A stretch of DNA of 64,000 bases from an uncultured Alphaproteobacteria bacterium (GTDB lineage: Bacteria; Pseudomonadota; Alphaproteobacteria; Rhizobiales; Afifellaceae): assembly GCA_963750115.1 (NCBI GenBank), contig CAVVPM010000016.1, forward strand, positions 280,703 through 344,702. Direction: 5' to 3'. Position numbers and translations under genes: made by a program. The notes under the pieces were generated by a model. That model saw nothing but the letters and a program-made list of their open reading frames with translations, was not told the DNA's origin and searched no databases. Shown piece after piece: positions 10,980-19,918 of this stretch (position 1 is its first letter; every line of letters starts with the position of its first letter).

Positions 10980-11060
10980 CGATGTTCGCAATTGTCGAGA
11001 GTATTGTCGCGGCCGTGCGCGGCAGCTTGCCGGGCGGGGGAGTAAGTGCGGGGTTGCGTC

Positions 11061-12120
11061 ATGCGTCGTCTTGCGTGCGTCGGCGTGCTCATGGGCCTGT
11101 TTACTGCCGGTACGCTGTTTGTGGTACCCGTTCGCGCGGCTGAGCCGAGCGGGAGTGCGGTCAGGGTCGATCCGGCGGTCAACGCGACCGGGACGGGGGG
11201 AAGCGTCTTCTCGAGCTCGAAGGCGCTGTCTTCGTGGGCGACGAAATCGTCGCCAGCCCGGTCGGTCTGGCCCAGATCAAGTTCATCGATAACACACGGA
11301 TCGTGATCGGGCCGAATTCGCGCCTGAAAATCGATACCTTCGTCTTCAATCCGGACAATACGGCGAAGAAGGTGGCGATCAGCGCGATCCGGGGAACGTT
11401 TCGGTTCATCAGCGGGAACAGCCCGCACGACGCCTATTCGATCCGCACGCCCACGATGACGATCGGCGTGCGCGGGACCATCATCGACATCAACGCCAAT
11501 TCCCGCGACTCCAGCATGATCGTGGAAAAAGGCGCCGGCACGGTCTGCGATGCCAGCGGATGCGTCGACATCAAGAACACCTGCGAGATCTGGGTGGCGC
11601 CGCGCGGTGGCGGAAAAATCCAGCAATCGACCGGCATCGACCGGCTGCGGCGCATTGCGGTGGAGTTTCCGTTTCTGACGCAGCAATCGCGGCTCGCCCC
11701 GGAGTTCCGGAATGACGACCTGAGCTGCCAGATTGCCAATGCGCGGCTGTTCGGAACGCCGGTTCAATCGCCGGACGCGCTGGGATTGGGCCCGACGACG
11801 CCGACATCCGGACCTGGGCCTGGACCCGGGCCTGGACCTGGCCCCGGGCCTGGAGACCACGGACCTGGAGACCACGGACCTGGAGACCACGGACTGCTGG
11901 CTGCGACAACGGCCGCGATCATCCCGACTATCAGAGGCATCACCATAAGAACGGCGGTGAAGGCGGCGGCGGTGAGGGCGACTCCGGCTACGGGCGTGGC
12001 ATTCGCACCCCCCACTTCGGGGAATTCGGGCACGGACCCAACTTCAGCCATCACGACCGCCACCACGGGTCCAAAGATGGCGGGGACGGCGGAGACGGCG
12101 GAGACGGCCAGGAAAGCTGA
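11061..12120 (+). pseudogene. Secreted FecR-domain protein with (GP)7-(GDHGP)3 repeats and a His/Gly/Asp-rich tail (two single-base deletions as sequenced)
   Basis: Signal peptide MRRLACVGVLMGLFTAGTLFVVPVRA-AEP. FecR-like core GDEIVASPVGLAQIKFIDNTRIVIGPNSRLKIDTFVF...IRGTFRFISG...IRTPTMTIGVRGT. Frame change near 11200 at a G-run. The last ggacct repeat unit reads ggact (about 11891-11895). Restoring the c gives the tail AGCDNGRDHPDYQRHHHKNGGEGGGGEGDSGYGRGIRTPHFGEFGHGPNFSHHDRHHGSKDGGDGGDGGDGQES, with the stop at 12118-12120. As sequenced the ORF ends at 12127. Confidence 0.7.
11810..11896 (+). repeat. In-frame tandem repeats: 7 x GGN-CCN (Gly-Pro), then 3 x 15-bp ggagaccacggacct (GDHGP)
   Basis: Read directly: ggacctgggcctggacccgggcctggacctggccccgggcct, followed by ggagaccacggacct x2 and ggagaccacggact(g). 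Confidence 0.9.
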
Positions 12121-12156
12121 GAGGTAGGCCTCGCGGCCGCCAAAGGTTCAAGATGA

Positions 12157-12182
12157 CATCCGGGCGCTCAGGCGCCCGGATG
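12157..12182. terminator. Strong hairpin between convergent genes (candidate bidirectional terminator)
   Basis: catccgggcgc-tcag-gcgcccggatg (11-bp perfect stem, 4-nt loop), 3 nt beyond the livF-like stop and about 37 nt beyond the FecR-like stop. There is no clean U-tract. Confidence 0.45.
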
Positions 12183-12185
12183 CGT

Positions 12186-12968
12186 TCAGACCGCCAAATA
12201 TTCGTGGCGCAGGTCGGCGTTCTCCAACACCTCGCGCGCCGACCCCTGATACGCGACCATCCCCATGTCGAGAATGACGGCGCGGTCGGCAAGCTGCAAA
12301 GCGGCGATGGCATTCTGCTCGACGATGATGGTGGTGATGCCGAGCTCCTTGATCTCCGCAACGATCTTTTCGATCTCGCGCACGATGACCGGCGCAAGCC
12401 CCTCGTAAGGCTCGTCGAGCAGCAGCAGCTTCAGGTCGCGGGCGAGCGCGCGGGCGACCGCCAGCATCTGCTGCTCGCCGCCGGAGAGCGTCGTCGCCTC
12501 CTGCCGGCGGCGCTCGGCGAGCCGGGGGAAGTGCTGGTAAATTCGCTCAAGCGACCAGCCGAGCGGCGGCGCGACCTGCGAGAGGTGGAGATTCTCCTCG
12601 ACCGTCAGGCCGCCGATGATGCGGCGGTCCTCGGGCACGAGCTGAATGCCCTCGCGCGCCGCCTGATGGGAGCGCAGCGGATGGATCGGCTTGCCGCCAA
12701 GCCAGATTTCGCCGCGGTGGAGGAGGGGCTCGTCGGTGCGCGCGATGGTGCGCAGGGTCGAGGTCTTGCCGGCGCCGTTCCGCCCGAGGAGGGCGAGAAT
12801 CTCGCCTTCGCGCACGTCGAACGAGACGCCCTGAACGATATAGCTCTCACCGTAATAGGAATGCAGGTCGCGGCACGAGAAATAGACTTCGTCCGCCGGC
12901 GCCTTCGCCGGGGCTGCGTCGCCGGGCTTTGACATGGCGACCGCCGGCGCGACTTCGGCCATCGTCAT
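12186..12968 (-). CDS. HAAT-family (branched-chain amino acid/amide type) ABC transporter ATP-binding protein, LivF-like
   Basis: Start MTMAEV at 12968, in a 4-nt ATGA overlap with the upstream gene. Walker A GRNGAGKTS, signature LSGGEQQMLAVARAL, Walker B LLLLDEPYEGLAP. Confidence 0.85.
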   Translation of the reverse strand: MTMAEVAPAVAMSKPGDAAPAKAPADEVYFSCRDLHSYYGESYIVQGVSFDVREGEILALLGRNGAGKTSTLRTIARTDEPLLHRGEIWLGGKPIHPLRSHQAAREGIQLVPEDRRIIGGLTVEENLHLSQVAPPLGWSLERIYQHFPRLAERRRQEATTLSGGEQQMLAVARALARDLKLLLLDEPYEGLAPVIVREIEKIVAEIKELGITTIIVEQNAIAALQLADRAVILDMGMVAYQGSAREVLENADLRHEYLAV

Positions 12969-13741
12969 TGGTGGGCGCCCCCGAGATAGGCTTCCTGCAC
13001 GCTCGGATCGCCGCGCACTTCGTCGGGCGTGCCGTCGGCGATGATACGCCCTTGCGCAAGCACGGTCACCCGGTCGGCCAGGCTGAACACGACGAGCATG
13101 TCGTGCTCGATGATCACCTTGGTCATGCCGCGCGCCTTGATCTTCTGAAGCAGATCGATCGTGCGGTTGGTGTCGAGCCGCGACATTCCGGCGGTCGGTT
13201 CGTCGAGGAGCAGGAGGCGCGGCGACTGGACCAGGCACATCGCGAGCTCGAGCCGGCGCTTGTCGCCGCGCGACAGGCTCGCCGCCTCCTGGTCGAGCCG
13301 GTTGTGAAGCCCGACATCCTCGATCGTTGCGACGGCCTTGTCCCGAAGCTCGCCTTCATGCGCCATCCCGCGCCAGGCGCGGATGCGGAACGCGCCGTCG
13401 CGCTTGGCGATCGCCGGGATGATCACGTTGTCGAGCACGGAGAGGTCGGGAAAGATCTCCGGCGTCTGGAACACGCGCGCAACGCCCATCTGGTTGATCT
13501 GATAGGGCGTCTTGCCGGTCAGGATCTGACCGTCGAAGACGACGGTGCCGGAATCCGGCTTCAGGCGCCCGACGCAGATGTTGAGAAGGGTGGACTTGCC
13601 GGCGCCGTTCGGGCCGATGATCGCCCGGGTCTTGCCCTCCTCGATCTCAAGGTCGATGTCGGAGAGGGCATGCAGGCCGCCGAAGCTCTTGAACACGTCG
13701 GCGACGTGGAGGACGACGTTTCCGGGGTGGCTCGCGGTCAT
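12965..13741 (-). CDS. HAAT-family ABC transporter ATP-binding protein, LivG-like
   Basis: Intact 258-aa [41 protein letters not shown]. Confidence 0.88.
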   Translation of the reverse strand: MTASHPGNVVLHVADVFKSFGGLHALSDIDLEIEEGKTRAIIGPNGAGKSTLLNICVGRLKPDSGTVVFDGQILTGKTPYQINQMGVARVFQTPEIFPDLSVLDNVIIPAIAKRDGAFRIRAWRGMAHEGELRDKAVATIEDVGLHNRLDQEAASLSRGDKRRLELAMCLVQSPRLLLLDEPTAGMSRLDTNRTIDLLQKIKARGMTKVIIEHDMLVVFSLADRVTVLAQGRIIADGTPDEVRGDPSVQEAYLGGAHQ

Positions 13742-13745
13742 GCGC

Positions 13746-14886
13746 TCACTCCGCCGGCTGCTCGGCCGGGCCCATGGCGCCGGGCGTGCCGCGATTGAAC
13801 AGGCGGCCGATGCGCCGCACCCCCGCCATGATGCCGCCCGGCTGGAAGATGACGATCAGCATGAAGACGATGCCGAGTGTGAGCTGCCAGCCGCCGCCGA
13901 CGAAGAGGCTCGCGATCGCCACGACGATGTCCTGCACCGCCGGCGGCAGGAAGGAAAACGTCTGATGCAGCATCTGGTCGTTGAAGGCTGAGAAGATGTG
14001 CTCGAAGTATTTTATGACGCCGGCGCCGAGGAGCGGCCCGAGAAGCGTGCCGGCGCCGCCAAGGATCGTCATCAGCACGACTTCGCCGGACGCCGTCCAC
14101 TGCATGCGCTCGGCGCCGGCGAGCGGGTCGGTGACGACGAGGAGCGAGCCGGCGAGCCCGGCGTACATGCCGGAGACGACGAAAGCCGCAAGCGCATACG
14201 GGCGGGTGTTGAAGCCGACATAGCCCAAGCGGTTCTGGTTCGAGCGGATGGCGCGAAGCGTCATGCCGAAGGGCGATCGGAAGATGCGCAGCGCGATGAA
14301 GAACGCCAGGATCAACATGACGGCGGCGAAGTAGAAGCCGCCATAGCCGCTCATGCTGATGCCGAAGAATTCGGGCGTCGGCAGGCTGTCCGTCGGCCTC
14401 CAGCCGAACGCCGCGTCGAGATAATGCGGGTCGCCGTTTACGACGCGGAGCCCGGTCTCGCCGTTGGTGATCGGCGTCAACACCGAATAGGCGAGATTGT
14501 AGGACATCTGCGCGAAGGCGAGCGTCAGGATCGAGAAGTAGATGCCGGAGCGGCGCAGGCTGACATAGCCGATGACGAGCGCGGCCAACGCCGGAGAGCA
14601 GCACCGCGAACACGATCGCCGGCAGCGCGTTCATGGTGAGGAGCTTGAACGACCACATGGTGGCGTAGGAGCCGACGCCGAGAAAGGCGGCGTGGCCGAA
14701 GGAAAGGTAGCCGGTCAGCCCGAACAGGATGTTGAAACCGATCGCGAAGATTCCGTAGATCGCGAAGCGCTGCAGCAGATCGGGATAGCCGGCGCCGAGC
14801 GGCGCCAGCCACCACGGCATGGCGAGCACGGCCGCCGTGAAGGCGAGCATCAGAACGGCGTCGCGTCGCGGGGTGCTCTCGCCCAT
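13746..14886 (-). pseudogene. HAAT-family ABC transporter permease, LivM-like (one extra base near 14585)
   Basis: The N-terminal part comes from ORF 13738..14886 ([74 protein letters not shown]). The remainder comes from ORF 13746..14588 (...[25 protein letters not shown]...[18 protein letters not shown]). Confidence 0.8.
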
Positions 14887-14889
14887 CGC

Positions 14890-15911
14890 CTAGCTCTCCA
14901 TCACGCCGGCGCGACCGAGAAGTCCCCGAGGGCGCACGAGGAGGACGACGACCGCGACCAGATAGATGATGATCTGGTCGATGCCGGGGATGAGGCGCGT
15001 CACTTCCGTCATCGAGGCGAATGACTGCAGAATGCCGAGCAGGAATCCGGCGAGCACCGCGCCGGTGAGCGACCCCATGCCGCCGACCACGACCACGACG
15101 AAGGAGAGGACCAGGAACTCCATGCCCATGCGGTAGTCGGGCGAGATGATCGGCGAATACATGACGCCCGCGAGGCCGGCGACGACGGCGGCAATGCCGA
15201 AAACGACCGCAAAGCGGCGCACGATGTTGATGCCGAGCAGGCCGACCATTTCGCGGTCGCGCATGCCGGCGCGCACGACCATGCCGTAGGTGGTAAGTTG
15301 CAGGAAGCCGAAGACGAGGCCGATCACCAGCAACGAGAAGGCGAAGTAGACGAGCCGCCACCACGGATAGGAAATGCCCGGACCGAGGCCGAACCAGGCG
15401 CCGATGTCGGCGCTGCCTGAAAGGGCCGCAGGCGCGGAAATCGGAATCGGATTGGCGCCCCAGATCGCCTTGACGATCTCCTGAAGCACGATCGCGAGGC
15501 CAAAGGTGACGAGGATCTGCTCAGCATGCGGCCGCTTGTAGAAGAAACGGACGAGACCGCCCTCCATCGCCAGCCCGATCGCAAGCATCACCGGAATGGC
15601 GAGCAAGATGGAAAGCGGAACGGAATAGTCGATGATCCACTGCGCCGAAGTCGCCAAGCCAGAGCTTGAGGTAGGGAACTTCCTTGAATGCCGCGAACGC
15701 GGTGATGTTCGGGATCCTGCACCTTGGCAGATAGGGTGAGAAGCCTCTGGAAGGCGACGGAGCAGAACGCGCCCAGCATGAAGAGAGCGCCGTGCGCGAA
15801 GTTGACGACGCCGAGCGTTCCGAAAACGAGCGTCAGCCCGAGCGCGATAAGCGCGTAGGCGCCGCCCTTGTCGAGCCCGTTCAGGAACTGGAGGAATATG
15901 GCGTCCAGCAT
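14890..15911 (-). pseudogene. HAAT-family ABC transporter permease, LivH-like (two frameshifts near 15650-15740)
   Basis: N-terminus MLDAIFLQFLNGLDKGGAYALIALGLTLVFGTLGVVNFAHGALFMLGAF (ORF 15588..15920). Middle piece ITAFAAFKEVPYLKLWLG in the third frame. Remainder from ORF 14890..15927 (QWIIDYSVPLSILLAIPVML...VVVVGGMGSLTGAVLAGF). Confidence 0.8.
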
Positions 15912-16030
15912 GCTCCCCAACCCGCACTGCGCGCGGCGGACATTCTTACAGCAATTCGAAGCGACCGCGACCCGGAATCAAAAATGGCCGGCCACCCCGG
16001 AAGAGCGGCCGGCCACCTGGTCACGCGTGT

Positions 16031-17408
16031 CTACGCCGGCACGTAGGGGCCGAGGTCGGCCTTGCCGTCCGGGTTGAAGTCCGGAATGTTCGGGTCGTAC
16101 TCGACCTGCGCGCGCGGCACGACCTTGACGATGTTCAAGAGATCGAACTGGTTCGTCGGGTTTTCGTTGCCTTGCACCACCAGCACGTCCTTGAAGCACT
16201 GGTGATCGGCCGCGCGGTATTCGGTCGGCCCGTTGCCCATGCCGTCGAACTTGAACCCCTCCAGCGCCTTGATGACCGAGGGCGGATAGAAGGTGCCGGC
16301 CGACTCGACGGCGTTCGCGTAGAGCAGCGCCTGCACGTAGCAGGTCTGCGCCGCCTGCGAGGGCGGGCTGCCATACTCGGCGCCGAACGACTTGGTCAGC
16401 GCCTTGGTGCCGTCGTCGGGCAGCTTCCAGCTCCAGTTGGCGCTGCCGAGGATGCCCTTGACCGCGTCGCCGGCGCCTGCCGCCATCAGCTCCGAGATCA
16501 GCGGCACGACGATCTCGAACTTCTTGCCGTTCACCATCTTGTCGCGCAGGCCGAACTGCGTCGCCTGCTTCAGCGAGTGGACCATGTCGCCGCCGTAATG
16601 GTTCAAAATGAGCACGTCGGCGCCGGAGCTCAGCACCGGCGTAATCCACTGCGAGAAGTCGGGCGCGCCGAGCGGCGTGCGGACGGTGGCGACCGTCGTC
16701 CAGCCCTCCGCCTCGGTGGCATCCTTCATCGACTGCTCCTGGGTCCAGCCCCAGGTGTAGTCGGCGGTCAGGTGATAGGCCTTGCGATCCTTGCCGTACT
16801 GCTCGGCGAGGATCGGCCCGAGCGCCCTGCCGGACATGTAGGCGTCGAAGAAATGGCGGAAGCCATAGCGGCGACGGTCCTTGCCGGTGGTGTCGTTCGA
16901 GTGGGTCAGGCCGCACATGAAGATAATGCCGGCCTCCTGGCAAAGCGACTGCACGGCGACGGCGACGCCCGAGGAGGAGCCGCCGGTGATCATGATGACC
17001 CCGTCCTTCTCGATCATCTGCTTCGCCGCGGCGCGCGCCGCGTCGGACTTCGTCTGCGTGTCGCCGGTGACGAAGGCGACCTTCTTGCCGAGAATGCCGT
17101 TGCCCTTAAGGCTCGACGGCTTGAAGGTGGGCAGCAGCCCGCCGTCGCCCTCGCCGTTCAGGTGCTTGACGGCAAGCTGATAGGCCTTGAGCTCGTCATT
17201 GCCCTCGTCGGCGTAGGGGCCTGTCTGCGGCACGTTGAAGCCAAGCGTGATGGACGAGCCGGACGTCTTGGCAGGATAGTTGCCGATAGGCGCTTCGTCG
17301 GCCCAGGCGCCGCGGACGAAATGCAGGGGCGCCGCCATGACGAGAGAGGTTGCCGCTCCCGCCTTCAGGAGCCCGCGTCGCGAGACGCGCTTGTCGGAGA
17401 TTTCTCAT
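16031..17408 (-). pseudogene. HAAT-family periplasmic substrate-binding protein with a twin-arginine signal (one extra base just after the ATG)
   Basis: ORF 16031..17338 is a PBP1-type binding protein. Directly upstream, the same frame reads EISDKRVSRRGLLKAGAATSLVMAAPLHFVRGAWA (a Tat-like SRRGLLK signal). It is preceded by ATG at 17408 one base out of frame and by a GGAGGA Shine-Dalgarno. Confidence 0.8.
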
Positions 17409-17485
17409 GCGTTTCCTCCTGGGGGCATTTGTCTTGTCCCGGCGCCGCCCCGCGCAACCACCGGCTTGCCCGCACCGCGAGCCGG

Positions 17486-17586
17486 CAAAATTGTAAATGC
17501 CAGCGGTAATTCTTTCCAGAACCAATTGATCGTGCTGCGAAAATTTGTAAAACTCTCGTCGCGAAGCGGACCTGGGTTGTAAAGCC
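17486..17586. promoter_or_regulatory. Three same-orientation TTGTAAA boxes in the SBP/regulator divergent region (candidate ScfR/RamB/PrpR-type operators)
   Basis: caaaaTTGTAAAtg (core 17491-17497), gaaaatTTGTAAAact (core 17545-17551) and gggTTGTAAAgc (core 17577-17583). Spacings are 54 and 32 nt. Confidence 0.4.
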
Positions 17587-17615
17587 TGTCAAGCGCCGCC
17601 GCGGAGGGAACGAGG

Positions 17616-19181
17616 ATGGACAGGACGCCAGCGGGCTTCCGTCTGCGCCGCGCCCGGCGACAGCGCGGCACCACGCAGGCGGCGCTCGCCGCCGAAGTCG
17701 GCATCTCGCCGAGCTATCTCAATCTGATCGAGCAGGGGAAGCGGCGCGTCGCGGGCGCGCTCCTCCACAAGCTTGCCGACGCGCTCGGTCTCGACATCGG
17801 TGAAATAACCGGCGCGGAGACGACGCGGCTCGTCCAGGACCTGACGGAAATCAGCGCCGATCCGTTGCTGCGCGATCTTGCGATCGAGCCGGGGGGCGCG
17901 CAGGAGATCGTCGGCCGGCAGCCGGCATGGGGGAAGGCGCTCGTCCGCCTGCACCGTTCCTATCGCCGAACGAGCGTGCTCTCCGAGACGCTTGCCGATC
18001 GGCTGGCGCATGATTCGGACCTGCTGCAGGCAAGCCACGATCTCCTGACGCGCATGACGTCGGTCAGGTCGTTCTCCGAAATCTTGCGCGAACATCCGGA
18101 TATCGAGGCGGCGCAGCGCGAGCGGTTCACCGCGTTGATCGCCGAAGAGAGCGGCAAGCTCGGCGACATCGCGAAGGCCGTCTTCGACCGTCTCAGCAAT
18201 TTCGGCGAGAGCGGTCGGCCCACGACGCCGGCGGAGGAGGTCGACGACTTCGTGGGCGACCACCAGAGCTTCTTCGCCCCGCTCGAAGACGCCGCGACGG
18301 CGCTCGCGGCGCGGATCGGAGAGCCCGAAGGCCCAAGCGAGGCGGCGATTTCAGACTGGCTCGCCGAACGCCACGGGGTCCGTGTCGAGGCGGCCCAGAC
18401 GATCTCGTCGGAGCGGGGGCGGCGGCGCCACGGCAGCTTCGACCGCGACGCGCGCACCTTCAGGGTGCCGGCAGGACTTTCGCCGTCGACCCGCCGCTTC
18501 GAGCTCGCGCGGCTTGCCTTCGCTCTCGACGCGGCGGCGCCGGTCGAAGCACTGGTGCGCGACCCGCGCCTTACCTCCGACACCTCACGCGCGCGGGCGA
18601 CCCAGGCCCTTTATGGCTACGGGGCCGGCGCGCTGGTCTTTCCCTACGACCTCTATCTCAGCGCCGCGGAGCGGATGCGCTACGATCTCCACGGCCTCGG
18701 CGCCTTGTTCGCGGCGAGCTTTGAGCAGGTCTGCCACCGGCTCGCGACGCTCCGGCGCCCTGGCGCGGAGGGTGTCCCGTTTGCCTTTCTCCGCGTCGAT
18801 CCGGCCGGCAACATCTCGAAGCGGCTCAGCCTGCCGACGCTGCGCCTGCCGCGCTACGGCGGCGCCTGCCCGCTGTGGGCGGTCTATCGCACGGCGCAGA
18901 CGCCCGCCGCCCTCGTCACGCAGCGCGTCAGGCTGAATGACGGCCGCGAGTTCCTGTTCATGGCGCAGCTGGTCGCAAAACCTTCCCCGGGCTTCGGAAT
19001 TCCGAGCGAGATTTTCAGCGTGATGATCGCCTGCGACGCCGCCTATGCGGATCGGATCGTCTACGGCGAGACGCTCCGAGGCGGGTCCCGACTGACGCTC
19101 GAAAGCGGCATCAACTGCCATCTCTGCTCGCGCGACGGCTGCCCGCAGCGGGCGTTTCCGCAAGTGAATGCGCCGCATTAG
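17616..19181 (+). CDS. XRE-HTH plus ImmA/IrrE-like plus DUF2083 regulator (short-chain fatty acyl-CoA regulator family; RamB/PrpR-like)
   Basis: Intact 521-aa ORF. N-terminal HTH GFRLRRARRQRGTTQAALAAEVGISPSYLNLIEQGKRRV. Long C-terminal domain with conserved Cys residues (GGACPLWAVY, CHLCSRDGCPQRA). GGAGGGA RBS. Confidence 0.75.
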   Translation: MDRTPAGFRLRRARRQRGTTQAALAAEVGISPSYLNLIEQGKRRVAGALLHKLADALGLDIGEITGAETTRLVQDLTEISADPLLRDLAIEPGGAQEIVGRQPAWGKALVRLHRSYRRTSVLSETLADRLAHDSDLLQASHDLLTRMTSVRSFSEILREHPDIEAAQRERFTALIAEESGKLGDIAKAVFDRLSNFGESGRPTTPAEEVDDFVGDHQSFFAPLEDAATALAARIGEPEGPSEAAISDWLAERHGVRVEAAQTISSERGRRRHGSFDRDARTFRVPAGLSPSTRRFELARLAFALDAAAPVEALVRDPRLTSDTSRARATQALYGYGAGALVFPYDLYLSAAERMRYDLHGLGALFAASFEQVCHRLATLRRPGAEGVPFAFLRVDPAGNISKRLSLPTLRLPRYGGACPLWAVYRTAQTPAALVTQRVRLNDGREFLFMAQLVAKPSPGFGIPSEIFSVMIACDAAYADRIVYGETLRGGSRLTLESGINCHLCSRDGCPQRAFPQVNAPH

Positions 19182-19229
19182 GCCTGTCACGGTGGAACGG
19201 ATCGGCTAAACTCTTGCGGCGAAGGCCGC

Positions 19230-19655
19230 GTGAGCCGGCCCCTGGAGGATGAGGTGCGGCAGCTCGTGCTGATCGCCGAAGATGAGCCTTATATCGTTGA
19301 ATCGCTCACCTTCCTTTTCGAACGCGCCGGTTTCGAGGTTGCCGTCGCGAAGGACGGTGCGCTCGCCTTGCAGGGGATCAACAATCTGCGCCCCGCGGTC
19401 GTCATTCTCGACATCATGCTGCCGGAAGAAAACGGCATGGAGGTGCTGCGGCTCGTGAAGGCCAATCCGGAGCTCCGCGCCATCCCGGTCCTCGTGCTCA
19501 CCGCGCGCGGACAGGAAAGCGACCGGCGGAGGGCGCTTGCGCTCGGCGCCGACGCCTTCGTCACCAAGCCGTTCTCCAACCGCGACGTCGTCGAGCGGAC
19601 GCTTGCGCTCGCGAAGGCGCCGGCCGGCGAAGCCCGGGAAGGACCGGCGCCGTGA
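19230..19655 (+). CDS. Stand-alone CheY-like response-regulator receiver (no output domain)
   Basis: 141 aa. LIAEDEPYIVESL...VILDIMLPEENGMEVL...PVLVLTARGQ...GADAFVTKPF carries the receiver acidic pocket, the phospho-Asp context and the conserved T and K. Confidence 0.88.
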   Translation: MSRPLEDEVRQLVLIAEDEPYIVESLTFLFERAGFEVAVAKDGALALQGINNLRPAVVILDIMLPEENGMEVLRLVKANPELRAIPVLVLTARGQESDRRRALALGADAFVTKPFSNRDVVERTLALAKAPAGEAREGPAP

Positions 19656-19906
19656 ACCAGCGCCGGCTCGCCGATCTCGCCTTTCTCATTCCCTGGATCG
19701 GGGCGTTCCTGCTCACGCCGCCGATGATCGTCATTCTGCAAGCCTGGTCGAAGGCGGCAGGATTTCCGCTTCACATCGTCTACATCTTCGTGTGCTGGCT
19801 CGCGCTGATCGTCGCCGGCCGCGTCGTCACCGCGCGGCTTGCCTGGCGCGACGACGCGCTGCCGCCGCAAGACAGGCCGATCTTGCGCGAGCGCGGCGAC
19901 GGCTGA
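19652..19906 (+). CDS. Small 2-TM membrane protein, translationally coupled (GTGA overlap) to the receiver gene
   Basis: 84-aa ORF with two hydrophobic helices (LAFLIPWIGAFLLTPPMIVIL and LHIVYIFVCWLALIVAGRVV). It ends 12 nt before the sensor kinase start. No family recognised. Confidence 0.5.
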   Translation: MNQRRLADLAFLIPWIGAFLLTPPMIVILQAWSKAAGFPLHIVYIFVCWLALIVAGRVVTARLAWRDDALPPQDRPILRERGDG

Positions 19907-19918
19907 GGCGATTTTCCC

